From Utricularia gibba (Eukaryota > Plantae > Magnoliophyta): a stretch of DNA of 40,366 bases. The notes under the pieces are model-generated. The model did no database searches and had not been told where the DNA came from. It saw only the letters and a program-made list of their open reading frames with translations. The stretch covers positions 1 through 40,366 of the forward strand of contig NEEC01000257.1 of assembly GCA_002189035.1 (NCBI GenBank), read 5' to 3'. Shown piece after piece: positions 1 through 13,516 of the stretch. Both the position numbers and the translations under genes were made by a program. How positions within the stretch are numbered: the stretch's first letter is position 1; each line of letters starts with the position of its first letter.

Positions 1-493
1 AAAGTGATGTATTTATTATCGTTCGGTTTTCGGGGCTGCCTACATGGTTTTCAAGGAACCGCTTCTCGTTTGGCGGCCAGTCTCGCTGGGAACTTGGTCC
101 TTGACCCGATTCTGTATGGCTCATGAGGTCAACTGGATGCAAATCGATTAAAAAAAATGATCCATTTGTTTAAATTATGATGTCACGTGCACCCACATGA
201 TTTTTCAACAACTTACTTTATACTTGAGAAGGCGGTCTTTGGGGCACTTGGAACCGGAAAAAGATCAGCTTAGGCCTTGGCCAAAGTAAGTTGTAGCCCG
301 GCAAAGAAAGTGATGTATTTATTAACGTTCGGTTTTCGGTGTTGCCTACATGGTTTTTCAAGGAACAGCTTCTCGTTTTGTGGCGGCCAGTCTCGCTAGG
401 AACTTGGTCCGGGCCCGCGATTCTTTATGGCTCATGAGGACAAAAGGATGCAAATCGATGAATACAATGTTGCATTTGTTTAAATTGCGATAT

Positions 494-1733
494 CACGTGC
501 ACCCCACATGATTTTTCAACAACTTACTTTATACTTGAGCAGGCGGTCTTTGGGTGCACCTGGAACGGGACAAAGGTAAGGTTTGGCTTGCACCGAGAGT
601 TAGTTGTAGTCCGGCAAATAAAGTGATGTATTTATTATCGTTCGGTTTTCGGGGGCTGCCTACATGGTTTTTCAAGGAACCGCTTCTCGTTTTGTGGCGG
701 CCAGTCTCGCTGGGAACTTGGTCCTTGACCCGATTCTGTATGGCTCATGAGGTCAACTGGATGCAAATCGATTAAAAAAAATGATCATTTGTTTAAATTA
801 CGATGTCACGTGCACCCCACATGATTTTTTCAACAACTACTTATACATGAGGAGGCGGTCTTGGGGGCACTTGGAACCGGAAAAAGATCAGCTTAGGCCT
901 TGGCCCAAAGTAAGTTGTAGCCGGCAAAGAAAGTGATGTATTTATTAACGTTCGGTTTTCGGTGTTGCCTACATGGTTTTTCAAGGAACAGCTTCTCGTT
1001 TTGTGGCGGCCAGTCTCGCTAGGAACTTGGTCCGGGCCCGCGATTCTTTATGGCTCATGAGGACAAAAGGATGCAAATCGATGAATACAATGTTGCATTT
1101 GTTTAAATTGATATCACGTGCACCCCACATGATTTTTTCAACAACTTACTTTATACTTGAGCAGGCGGTCTTTGGGTGCACCTGGAACGGGACAAAGGTA
1201 AGGTTTGGCTTGCACCGAGAGTTAGTTGTAGTCCGGCAAATAAAGTGATGTATTTATTATCGTTCGGTTTTCGGGGGCTGCCTACATGGTTTTTCAAGGA
1301 ACCGCTTCTCGTTTGTGGCAGTCTCGCTGGGAACTTGGTCCTTGACCCGATTCTGTATGGCTCATGAGGTCAACTGGATGCAAATCGATTAAAAAAAATG
1401 ATCATTTGTTTAAATTACGATGTCACGTGCACCCCACATGATTTTTTTAACAAACTTTATACTTGAGAGGCGGTCTTGGGGGGCACTTGGAACCGGAAAA
1501 AGATCAGCTTAGGCCTTGGCCCAAAGTAAGTTGTAGCCCGGCAAAGAAAGTGATGTATTTATTAACGTTCGGTTTTCGGTGTTGCCTACATGGTTTTTCA
1601 AGGAACAGCTTCTCGTTTTGTGGCGCCAGTCTCGCTAGGAACTTGGTCCGGGCCCGCGATTCTTTATGGCTCATGAGGACAAAAGGATGCAAATCGATGA
1701 AATACAATGTTGCATTTGTTTAATTGCGATATC
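494..1733 (+). repeat. Two B-A dimers carrying all or part of the variant junction haplotype (B*/A')
   Basis: The B units end in TTACGATGT (~801 and ~1415). The following A heads show ATACATGAGGAGG/GGGGGCAC (807) and TTTTTAACA/GGGGGGCAC (1424). Confidence 0.75.
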
Positions 1734-4700
1734 ACGTGCACCCACATGATTTTTTCAACATTACTTTATACTTGAGAGGCGGTCTTTGGGTGCACTTGGA
1801 ACGGAAAAGGTAGGTTTGGCTTGCAAAGTAAGTTGTAGTCCGGCAAATAAAGTGATGTATTTATTATCGTTCGGTTTTCGGGGGCTGCCTACATGGTTTT
1901 TCAAGGAACCGCTTCTCGTTTTGTGGCGGCCAGTCTCGCTGGGAACTTGGTCCTTGACCCCGATTCTGTATGGCTCATGAGGTCAACTGGATGCAAATCG
2001 ATTAAAAAAATGATCCATTTGTTTAAATTATGATGTCACGTGCACCCCACATGATTTTTTCAACAACTTACTTTATACTTGAGAAGGCGGTCTTTGGGTG
2101 CACTTGGAACCGGAAAAAGATCAGCTTAGGCCTTGGCCCAAAGTAAGTTGTAGCCCGGCAAAGAAAGTGATGTATTTATTAACGTTCGGTTTTCGGTGTT
2201 GCCTAATGGTTTTTCAAGGAACAGCTTCTCGTTTTGTGGCGGCCAGTCTCGCTAGGAACTTGGTCCGGGCCCGCGATTCTTTATGGCTCATGAGGACAAA
2301 AGGATGCAAATCGATGAATACAATGTTGCATTTGTTTAAATTGCGATATCACGTGCACCCCACATGATTTTTTCAACAACTTACTTTATACTTGAGCAGG
2401 CGGTCTTTGGGTGCACCTGGAACGGGACAAAGGTAAGGTTTGGCTTGCCCGAGAGTTAGTTGTAGTCCGGCAAATAAAGTGATGTATTTATTATCGTTCG
2501 GTTTTCGGGGGTGCCTACATGGTTTTTCAAGGAACCGCTTCTCGTTTTGTGGCGGCCAGTCTCGCTGGGAACTTGGTCCTTGACCCCGATTCTGTATGGC
2601 TCATGAGGTCAACTGGATGCAAATCGATTAAAAAAATGATCCATTTGTTTAAATTATGATGTCACGTGCACCCCACATGATTTTTTCAACAACTTACTTT
2701 ATACTTGAGAAGGCGGTCTTGGGTGCACTTGGAACCGGAAAAAGATCAGCTTAGGCCTTGGCCCAAAGTAAGTTGTAGCCCGGCAAAGAAAGTGATGTAT
2801 TTATTAACGTTCGGTTTTCGGTGTTGCCTACATGGTTTTTCAAGGAACAGCTTCTCGTTTTGTGGCGGCCAGTCTCGCTAGGAACTTGGTCCGGGCCCGC
2901 GATTCTTTATGGCTCATGAGGACAAAAGGATGCAAATCGATGAATACAATGTTGCATTTGTTTAAATTGCGATATCACGTGCACCCCACATGATTTTTTC
3001 AACAACTTACTTTATACTTGAGCAGGCGGTCTTTGGGTGCACCTGGAACGGGACAAAGGTAAGGTTTGGCTTGCACGAGAGTTAGTTGTAGTCCGGCAAA
3101 TAAAGTGATGTATTTATTATCGTTCGGTTTTCGGGGCTGCCTACATGGTTTTTCAAGGAACCGCTTCTCGTTTTGTGGCGGCCAGTCTCGCTGGGAACTT
3201 GGTCCTTGACCCCGATTCTGTATGGCTCATGAGGTCAACTGGATGCAAATCGATTAAAAAAAATGATCATTTGTTTAAATTATGATGTCACGTGCACCCC
3301 ACATGATTTTTTCAACAACTACTTTATACTTGAGAAGGCGGTCTTTGGGTGCACTTGGAACCGGAAAAAGATCAGCTTAGGCCTTGGCCCAAAGTAAGTT
3401 GTAGCCGGCAAAGAAAGTGATGTATTTATTAACGTTCGGTTTTCGGTGTTGCCTACATGGTTTTTCAAGGAACAGCTTCTCGTTTTGTGGCGGCCAGTCT
3501 CGCTAGGAACTTGGTCCGGGCCGCGATTCTTTATGGCTCATGAGGACAAAAGGATGCAAATCGATGAATACAATGTTGCATTTGTTTAAATTGCGATATC
3601 ACGTGCACCCACATGATTTTTTCAACAACTTACTTTATACTTGAGCAGGCGGTCTTGGGTGCACCTGGAACGGGACAAAGGTAAGGTTTGGCTTGCACGA
3701 GAGTTAGTTGTAGTCCGGCAAATAAAGTGATGTATTTATTATCGTTCGGTTTTCGGGGGCTGCCTACATGGTTTTTCAAGGAACCGCTTCTCGTTTGTGG
3801 CGGCCAGTCTCGCTGGGAACTTGGTCCTTGACCCCGATTCTGTATGGCTCATGAGGTCAACTGGATGCAAATCGATTAAAAAAAAATGATCCATTTGTTT
3901 AAATTATGATGTCACGTGCACCCCACATGATTTTTTTCAACAACTTACTTTATACTGAGAAGGCGGTCTTGGGTGCACTTGGAACCGGAAAAAGATCAGC
4001 TTAGGCCTTGGCCCAAAGTAAGTTGTAGCCCGGCAAAGAAAGTGATGTATTTATTAACGTTCGGTTTTCGGTGTTGCCTACATGGTTTTTCAAGGAACAG
4101 CTTCTCGTTTTGTGGCGGCCAGTCTCGCTAGGAACTTGGTCCGGGCCCGCGATTCTTTATGGCTCATGAGGACAAAAGGATGCAAATCGATGAATACAAT
4201 GTTGCATTTGTTTAAATTGCGATATCACGTGCACCCCACATGATTTTTTCAACAACTTACTTTATACTTGAGCAGGCGGTCTTTGGGTGCACCTGGAACG
4301 GGACAAAGGTAAGGTTTGGCTTGCACGAGAGTTAGTTGTAGTCCGGCAAATAAAGTGATGTATTTATTATCGTTCGGTTTTCGGGGGCTGCCTACATGGT
4401 TTTTCAAGGAACCGCTTCTCGTTTTGTGGCGGCCAGTCTCGCTGGGAACTTGGTCCTTGACCCGATTCTGTATGGCTCATGAGGTCAACTGGATGCAAAT
4501 CGATTAAAAAAAATGATCCATTTGTTTAAATTATGATGTCACGTGCACCCCACATGATTTTTTCAACAACTTACTTTATACTTGAGAAGGCGGTCTTTGG
4601 GTGCACTTGGAACCGGAAAAAGATCAGCTTAGGCCTTGGCCCAAAGTAAGTTGTAGCCCGGCAAAGAAAGTGATGTATTTATTAACGTTCGGTTTTCGGT

Positions 4701-7700
4701 GTTGCCTACATGGTTTTTCAAGGAACAGCTTCTCGTTTTGTGGCGGCCAGTCTCGCTAGGAACTTGGTCCGGGCCCGCGATTCTTTATGGCTCATGAGGA
4801 CAAAAGGATGCAAATCGATGAATACAATGTTGCATTTGTTTAAATTGCGATATCACGTGCACCCCACATGATTTTTTCAACAACTTACTTTATACTTGAG
4901 CAGGCGGTCTTTGGGTGCACCTGGAACGGGACAAAGGTAAGGTTTGGCTTGCACGAGAGTTAGTTGTAGTCCGGCAAATAAAGTGATGTATTTATTATCG
5001 TTCGGTTTTCGGGGGCTGCCTACATGGTTTTTCAAGGAACCGCTTCTCGTTTTGTGGCGGCCAGTCTCGCTGGGAACTTGGTCCTTGACCCGATTCTGTA
5101 TGGCTCATGAGGTCAACTGGATGCAAATCGATTAAAAAAAATGATCCATTTGTTTAAATTATGATGTCACGTGCACCCACATGATTTTTTAACAACTTAC
5201 TTTATACTTGAGAAGGCGGTCTTTGGGGGCACTTGGAACCGGAAAAAGATCAGCTTAGGCCTTGGCCCAAAGTAAGTTGTAGCCCGGCAAAGAAAGTGAT
5301 GTATTTATTAACGTTCGGTTTTCGGTGTTGCCTACATGGTTTTTCAAGGAACAGCTTCTCGTTTTGTGGCGGCCAGTCTCGCTAGGAACTTGGTCCGGGC
5401 CCGCGATTCTTTATGGCTCATGAGGACAAAAGGATGCAAATCGATGAATACAATGTTGCATTTGTTTAAATTGCGATATCACGTGCACCCCACATGATTT
5501 TTTCAACAACTTACTTTATACTTGAGCAGGCGGTCTTTGGGTGCACCTGGAACGGGACAAAGGTAAGGTTTGGCTTGCACCGAGAGTTAGTTGTAGTCCG
5601 GCAAATAAAGTGATGTATTTATTATCGTTCGGTTTTCGGGGGCTGCCTACATGGTTTTTCAAGGAACCGCTTCTCGTTTGTGGCGGCCAGTCTCGCTGGG
5701 AACTTGGTCCTTGACCCCGATTCTGTATGGCTCATGAGGTCAACTGGATGCAAATCGATTAAAAAAATGATCATTTGTTTAAATTATGATGTCACGTGCA
5801 CCCACATGATTTTTTCAACAACTACTTTATACTGAGAAGGCGGTCTTGGGGCACTTGGAACCGGAAAAAGATCAGCTTAGGCCTTGGCCCAAAGTAAGTT
5901 GTAGCCCGGCAAAGAAAGTGATGTATTTATTAACGTTCGGTTTTCGGTGTTGCCTACATGGTTTTTCAAGGAACAGCTTCTCGTTTTGTGGCGGCCAGTC
6001 TCGCTAGGAACTTGGTCCGGCCCGCGATTCTTTATGGCTCATGAGGACAAAAGGATGCAAATCGATGAATACAATTTGCATTTGTTTAAATTGCGATATC
6101 ACGTGCACCCACATGATTTTTTCAACAACTTACTTTATACTTGAGAGGCGGTCTTTGGGTGCACCTGGAACGGACAAAGGTAGGTTTGGCTTGCAAAGTT
6201 AGTTGTAGTCCGGCAAATAAAGTGATGTATTTATTATCGTTCGTTTTCGGGGGCTGCCTACATGGTTTTTCAAGGAACCGCTTCTCGTTTGTGGCGGCCA
6301 GTCTCGCTGGGAACTTGGTCCTTGACCCCGATTCTGTATGGCTCATGAGGTCAACTGGATGCAAATCGATTAAAAAAAATGATCCATTTGTTTAAATTAT
6401 GATGTCACGTGCACCCCACATGATTTTTTCAACAACTTACTTTATACTTGAGAAGGCGGTCTTTGGGTGCACTTGGAACCGGAAAAAGATCAGCTTAGGC
6501 CTTGGCCCAAAGTAAGTTGTAGCCCGGCAAAGAAAGTGATGTATTTATTAACGTTCGGTTTTCGGTGTTGCCTACATGGTTTTTCAAGGAACAGCTTCTC
6601 GTTTTGTGGCGCCAGTCTCGCTAGGAACTTGGTCCGGCCCGCGATTCTTTATGGCTCATGAGGACAAAAGGATGCAAATCGATGAAACAATGTTGCATTT
6701 GTTTAAATTGCGATATCACGTGCACCCACATGATTTTTTCAACAACTTACTTTATACTTGAGAGGCGGTCTTGGGTGCACTGGAACGGAAAAGGTAGGTT
6801 TGGCTTGCAAGTTAGTTGTAGTCCGGCAAATAAAGTGATGTATTTATTATCGTTCGGTTTTCGGGGCTGCCTACATGGTTTTTCAAGGAACCGCTTCTCG
6901 TTTTGTGGCGGCCAGTCTCGCTGGAACTTGGTCCTTGACCCCGATTCTGTATGGCTCATGAGGTCAACTGGATGCAAATCGATTAAAAAAAATGATCCAT
7001 TTGTTTAAATTATGATGTCACGTGCACCCACATGATTTTTTAACAACTACTTTATACTTGAGAAGGCGGTCTTTGGGTGCACTTGGAACCGGAAAAAGAT
7101 CAGCTTAGGCCTTGGCCCAAAGTAAGTTGTAGCCCGGCAAAGAAAGTGATGTATTTATTAACGTTCGGTTTTCGGTGTTGCCTACATGGTTTTTCAAGGA
7201 ACAGCTTCTCGTTTTGTGGCGGCCAGTCTCGCTAGGAACTTGGTCCGGGCCCGCGATTCTTTATGGCTCATGAGGACAAAAGGATGCAAATCGATGAATA
7301 CAATGTTGCATTTGTTTAAATTGCGATATCACGTGCACCCCACATGATTTTTCAACAACTTACTTTATACTTGAGCAGGCGGTCTTTGGGTGCACTGGAA
7401 CGGAAAAGGTAAGGTTTGGCTTGCAAAGTTAGTTGTAGTCCGGCAAATAAAGTGATGTATTTATTATCGTTCGGTTTTCGGGGGCCTACATGGTTTTTCA
7501 AGGAACCGCTTCTCGTTTTGGCGGCCAGTCTCGCTGGGAACTTGGTCCTTGACCCCGATTCTGTATGGCTCATGAGGTCAACTGGATGCAAATCGATTAA
7601 AAAAATGATCCATTTGTTTAAATTATGATGTCACGTGCACCCACATGATTTTTTCAACAACTTACTTATACTTGAGAAGGCGGTCTTTGGGTGCACTTGG

Positions 7701-10700
7701 AACCGGAAAAAGATCAGCTTAGGCCTTGGCCCAAAGTAAGTTGTAGCCCGGCAAAGAAAGTGATGTATTTATTAACGTTCGGTTTTCGGTGTTGCCTACA
7801 TGGTTTTTCAAGGAACAGCTTCTCGTTTTGTGGCGGCCAGTCTCGCTAGGAACTTGGTCCGGGCCCGCGATTCTTTATGGCTCATGAGGAAAAGGATGCA
7901 AATCGATGAATACAATGTTGCATTTGTTTAAATTGCGATATCACGTGCACCCCACATGATTTTTTCAACAACTTACTTTATACTTGAGAGGCGGTCTTTG
8001 GGTGCACCTGGAACGGGACAAAGGTAAGGTTTGGCTTGCACGAGAGTTAGTTGTAGTCCGGCAAATAAAGTGATGTATTTATTATCGTTCGGTTTTCGGG
8101 GCTGCCTACATGGTTTTTCAAGGAACCGCTTCTCGTTTTGTGGCGGCCAGTCTCGCTGGGAACTTGGTCCTTGACCCCGATTCTGTATGGCTCATGAGGT
8201 CAACTGGATGCAAATCGATTAAAAAAAATGATCATTTGTTTAAATTATGATGTCACGTGCACCCACATGATTTTTTCAACAACTTACTTTATACTTGAGA
8301 AGGCGGTCTTTGGGTGCACTTGGAACCGGAAAAAGATCAGCTTAGGCCTTGGCCCAAAGTAAGTTGTAGCCCGGCAAAGAAAGTGATGTATTTATTAACG
8401 TTCGGTTTTCGTGTTGCCTACATGGTTTTTCAAGGAACAGCTTCTCGTTTTGTGGCGGCCAGTCTCGCTAGGAACTTGGTCCGGGCCCGCGATTCTTTAT
8501 GGCTCATGAGGACAAAAGGATGCAAATCGATGAATACAATGTTGCATTTGTTTAAATTGCGATATCACGTGCACCCCACATGATTTTTTCAACAACTTAC
8601 TTTATACTTGAGCAGGCGGTCTTTGGGTGCACCGGAACGGACAAAGTAAGTTTGGCTTGCCAAGTTAGTTGTAGTCCGGCAAATAAAGTGATGTATTTAT
8701 TATCGTTCGGTTTTCGGGGGCTGCCTACATGGTTTTTCAAGGAACCGCTTCTCGTTTTGTGGCGGCCAGTCTCGCTGGGAACTTGGTCCTTGATTCTGTA
8801 TGGCTCATGAGGTCAACTGGATGCAAATCGATTAAAAAAAATGATCATTTGTTTAAATTATGATGTCACGTGCACCCACATGATTTTTTCAACAACTTAC
8901 TTTATACTTGAGAAGGCGGTCTTTGGGTGCACTTGGAACCGGAAAAAGATCAGCTTAGGCCTTGGCCCAAAGTAAGTTGTAGCCGGCAAAGAAAGTGATG
9001 TATTTATTAACGTTCGGTTTTCGGTGTTGCCTACATGGTTTTTCAAGGAACAGCTTCTCGTTTTGTGGCGGCCAGTCTCGCTAGGAACTTGGTCCGGGCC
9101 CGATTCTTATGGCTCATGAGGAAAAAGGATGCAAATCGATGAATACAATGTTGCATTTGTTTAAATTGCGATATCACGTGCACCCACATGATTTTTTCAA
9201 CAACTTACTTTATACTTGAGCAGGCGGTCTTTGGGTGCACTGGAACGGGACAAAGGTAAGGTTTGGCTTGCACGAGAGTTAGTTGTAGTCCGGCAAATAA
9301 AGTGATGTATTTATTATCGTTCGGTTTTCGGGGGCTGCCTACATGGTTTTTCAAGGAACCGCTTCTCGTTTTGGCGGCCAGTCTCGCTGGGAACTTGGTC
9401 CTTGACCCCGATTCTGTATGGCTCATGAGGTCAACTGGATGCAAATCGATTAAAAAAATGATCATTTGTTTAAATTATGATGTCACGTGCACCCCATGAT
9501 TTTTTCAACAACTTACTTTATACTTGAGAAGGCGGTCTTTGGGTGCACTTGGAACCGGAAAAAGATCAGCTTAGGCCTTGGCCCAAAGTAAGTTGTAGCC
9601 CGGCAAAGAAAGTGATGTATTTATTAACGTTCGGTTTTCGGTGTTGCCTACATGGTTTTTCAAGGAACAGCTTCTCGTTTTGTGGCGGCCAGTCTCGCTA
9701 GGAACTTGGTCCGGGCCCGCGATTCTTTATGGCTCATGAGGACAAAAGGATGCAAATCGATGAATACAATGTTGCATTTGTTTAAATTGCGATATCACGT
9801 GCACCCCATGATTTTTTCAACAACTTACTTTATACTTGAGCAGGCGGTCTTTGGGTGCACTGGAACGGACAAAGGTAAGGTTTGGCTTGCACGAAGTTAG
9901 TTGTAGTCCGGCAAATAAAGTGATGTATTTATTATCGTTCGGTTTCGGGGGCTGCCTACATGGTTTTTCAAGGAACCGCTTCTCGTTTTGTGGCGGCCAG
10001 TCTCGCTGGGAACTTGGTCCTTGACCCCGATTCTGTATGGCTCATGAGGTCAACTGGATGCAAATCGATTAAAAAAAATGATCCATTTGTTTAAATTATG
10101 ATGTCACGTGCACCCCACATGATTTTTTCAACAACTTACTTTATACTTGAGAGGCGGTCTTTGGGTGCACTTGGAACCGGAAAAAGATCAGCTTAGGCCT
10201 TGGCCCAAAGTAAGTTGTAGCCCGGCAAAGAAAGTGATGTATTTATTAACGTTCGGTTTTCGGTGTTGCCTACATGGTTTTTCAAGGAACAGCTTCTCGT
10301 TTTGTGGCGGCCAGTCTCGCTAGGAACTTGGTCCGGCCCGCGATTCTTTATGGCTCATGAGGACAAAAGGATGCAAATCGATGAATAAATGTTGCATTTG
10401 TTTAAATTGCGATATCACGTGCACCCCACATGATTTTTTCAACAACTTACTTTATACTTGAGAGGCGGTCTTTGGGTGCACTGGAACGGAAAAGGTAGGT
10501 TTGGCTTGCACCGAAGTTAGTTGTAGTCCGGCAAAAAAGTGATGTATTATTATCGTTCGGTTTTCGGGGGCTGCCTACATGGTTTTTCAAGGAACCGCTT
10601 CTCGTTTTGGCGGCCAGTCTCGCTGGGAACTTGGTCCTTGACCCGATTCTGTATGGCTCATGAGGTCAACTGGATGCAAATCGATTAAAAAAATGATCCA

Positions 10701-11642
10701 TTTGTTTAAATTATGATGTCACGTGCACCCACATGATTTTTTCAACAACTTACTTTATTGAGAGGCGGTCTTGGGCACTTGGAACCGGAAAAAGATCAGC
10801 TTAGGCCTTGGCCAAAGTAAGTTGTAGCCCGGCAAAGAAAGTGATGTATTTATTAACGTTCGGTTTTCGGTGTTGCCTACATGGTTTTTCAAGGAACAGC
10901 TTCTCGTTTTGTGGCGGCCAGTCTCGCTAGGAACTTGGTCCGGCCCGCGATTCTTTATGGCTCATGAGGACAAAAGGATGCAAATCGATGAATACAATGT
11001 TGCATTTGTTTAAATTGCGATATCACGTGCACCCACATGATTTTTTCAACAACTTACTTTATACTTGAGCAGGCGGTCTTGGGTGCACTGGAACGGGACA
11101 AAGGTAAGGTTTGGCTTGCCCGAGTTAGTTGTAGTCCGGCAAATAAAGTGATGTATTTATTATCGTTCGGTTTTCGGGGGCTGCCTACATGGTTTTTCAA
11201 GGAACCGCTTCTCGTTTTGTGGCGGCCAGTCTCGCTGGAACTTGGTCCTTGACCCGATTCTGTATGGCTCATGAGGTCAACTGGATGCAAATCGATTAAA
11301 AAAAATGATCCATTTGTTTAAATTATGATGTCACGTGCACCCCACATGATTTTTTCAACAACTTACTTTATACTTGAGAGGCGGTCTTGGGTGCACTTGG
11401 AACCGGAAAAAGATCAGCTTAGGCTTGGCCCAAAGTAAGTTGTAGCCCGGCAAAGAAAGTGATGTATTTATTAACGTTCGGTTTTCGGTGTTGCCTACAT
11501 GGTTTTTCAAGGAACAGCTTCTCGTTTTGTGGCGGCCAGTCTCGCTAGGAACTTGGTCCGGGCCCGCGATTCTTTATGGCTCATGAGGACAAAAGGATGC
11601 AAATCGATGAATACAATGTTGCATTTGTTTAAATTGCGATAT
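1734..11642 (+). repeat. Strictly alternating B-A dimer domain (16 dimers, ~620-630 bp each), canonical variants
   Basis: All 32 monomers typed by head and tail diagnostics alternate B,A,B,A. No hybrid monomer or A' haplotype was seen. Confidence 0.92.
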
Positions 11643-13204
11643 CACGTGCACCCCACATGATTTTTTCAACAACTTACTTTATACTTGAGCAGGCGGTCTT
11701 TGGGTGCACCTGGAACGGGACAAAGGTAAGGTTTGGCTTGCACGAGAGTTAGTTGTAGTCCGGCAAATAAAGTGATGTATTTATTATCGTTCGGTTTTCG
11801 GGGGCTGCCTACATGGTTTTTCAAGGAACCGCTTCTCGTTTTGTGGCGGCCAGTCTCGCTGGGAACTTGGTCCTTGACCCCGATTCTGTATGGCTCATGA
11901 GGTCAACTGGATGCAAATCGATTAAAAAAAATGATGCATTTGTTTAAATTACGATGTCACGTGCACCCCACATGATTTTTTTAACAACATACTTTATACA
12001 TGAGGAGGCGGTCTTGGGGGCACTTGGAACCGGAAAAAGATCAGCTTAGGCCTTGGCCCAAAGTAAGTTGTAGCCCGGCAAAGAAAGTGATGTATTTATT
12101 AACGTTCGGTTTTCGGTGTTGCCTACATGGTTTTTCAAGGAACAGCTTCTCGTTTTGTGGCGGCCAGTCTCGCTAGGAACTTGGTCCGGGCCCGCGATTC
12201 TTTATGGCTCATGAGGACAAAAGGATGCAAATCGATGAATACAATGTTGCATTTGTTTAAATTGCGATATCACGTGCACCCCACATGATTTTTTCAACAA
12301 CTTACTTTATACTTGAGCAGGCGGTCTTTGGGTGCACTGGAACGGGACAAAGGTAAGGTTTGGCTTGCACCGAGAGTTAGTTGTAGTCCGGCAAATAAAG
12401 TGATGTATTTATTATCGTTCGGTTTTCGGGGCTGCCTACATGGTTTTTCAAGGAACCGCTTCTCGTTTTGTGGCGGCCAGTCTCGCTGGGAACTTGGTCC
12501 TTGACCCGATTCTGTATGGCTCATGAGGTCAACTGGATGCAAATCGATTAAAAAAAATGATCCATTTGTTTAAATTATGATGTCACGTGCACCCCACATG
12601 ATTTTTTCAACAACTTACTTTATACTTGAGAAGGCGGTCTTGGGTGCACTTGGAACCGGAAAAAGATCAGCTTAGGCCTTGGCCCAAAGTAAGTTGTAGC
12701 CCGGCAAAGAAAGTGATGTATTTATTAACGTTCGGTTTTCGGTGTTGCCTACATGGTTTTTCAAGGAACAGCTTCTCGTTTTGTGGCGGCCAGTCTCGCT
12801 AGGAACTTGGTCCGGGCCCGCGATTCTTTATGGCTCATGAGGACAAAAGGATGCAAATCGATGAATACAATGTTGCATTTGTTTAAATTGCGATATCACG
12901 TGCACCCCACATGATTTTTTCAACAACTTACTTTATACTTGAGCAGGCGGTCTTTGGGTGCACTGGAACGGGACAAAGGTAAGGTTTGGCTTGCCCAGAG
13001 TTAGTTGTAGTCCGGCAAATAAAGTGATGTATTTATTATCGTTCGGTTTTCGGGCTGCCTACATGGTTTTTCAAGGAACCGCTTCTCGTTTTGTGGCGGC
13101 CAGTCTCGCTGGGAACTTGGTCCTCCCCGATTCTGTATGGCTCATGAGGTCAACTGGATGCAAATCGATTAAAAAAAATGATGCATTTGTTTAAATTACG
13201 ATGT

Positions 13205-13516
13205 CACGTGCACCCCACATGATTTTTTTAACAACTACTTTATACTTGAGAGGCGGTCTTTGGGGCACTTGGAACCGGAAAAAGATCAGCTTAGGCCTTG
13301 GCCCAAAGTAAGTTGTAGCCCGGCAAAGAAAGTGATGTATTTATTAACGTTCGGTTTTCGGTGTTGCCTACATGGTTTTTCAAGGAACAGCTTCTCGTTT
13401 TGTGGCGGCCAGTCTCGCTGGGAACTTGGTCCTTGACCCGATTCTGTATGGCTCATGAGGTCAACTGGATGCAAATCGATTAAAAAAAATGATTGCATTT
13501 GTTTAAATTATGATGT
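13205..13516 (+). repeat. Hybrid monomer H (A head + B tail); others at 14752, 20332, 21895, 24083, 25627, 27172 and 35563
   Basis: A diagnostics run through CAAGGAACAG (13381-13390). B diagnostics start at CTCGCTGGGAAC (~13420), followed by CCTTGACCCG and GAGGTCAACTGG. Confidence 0.9.
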
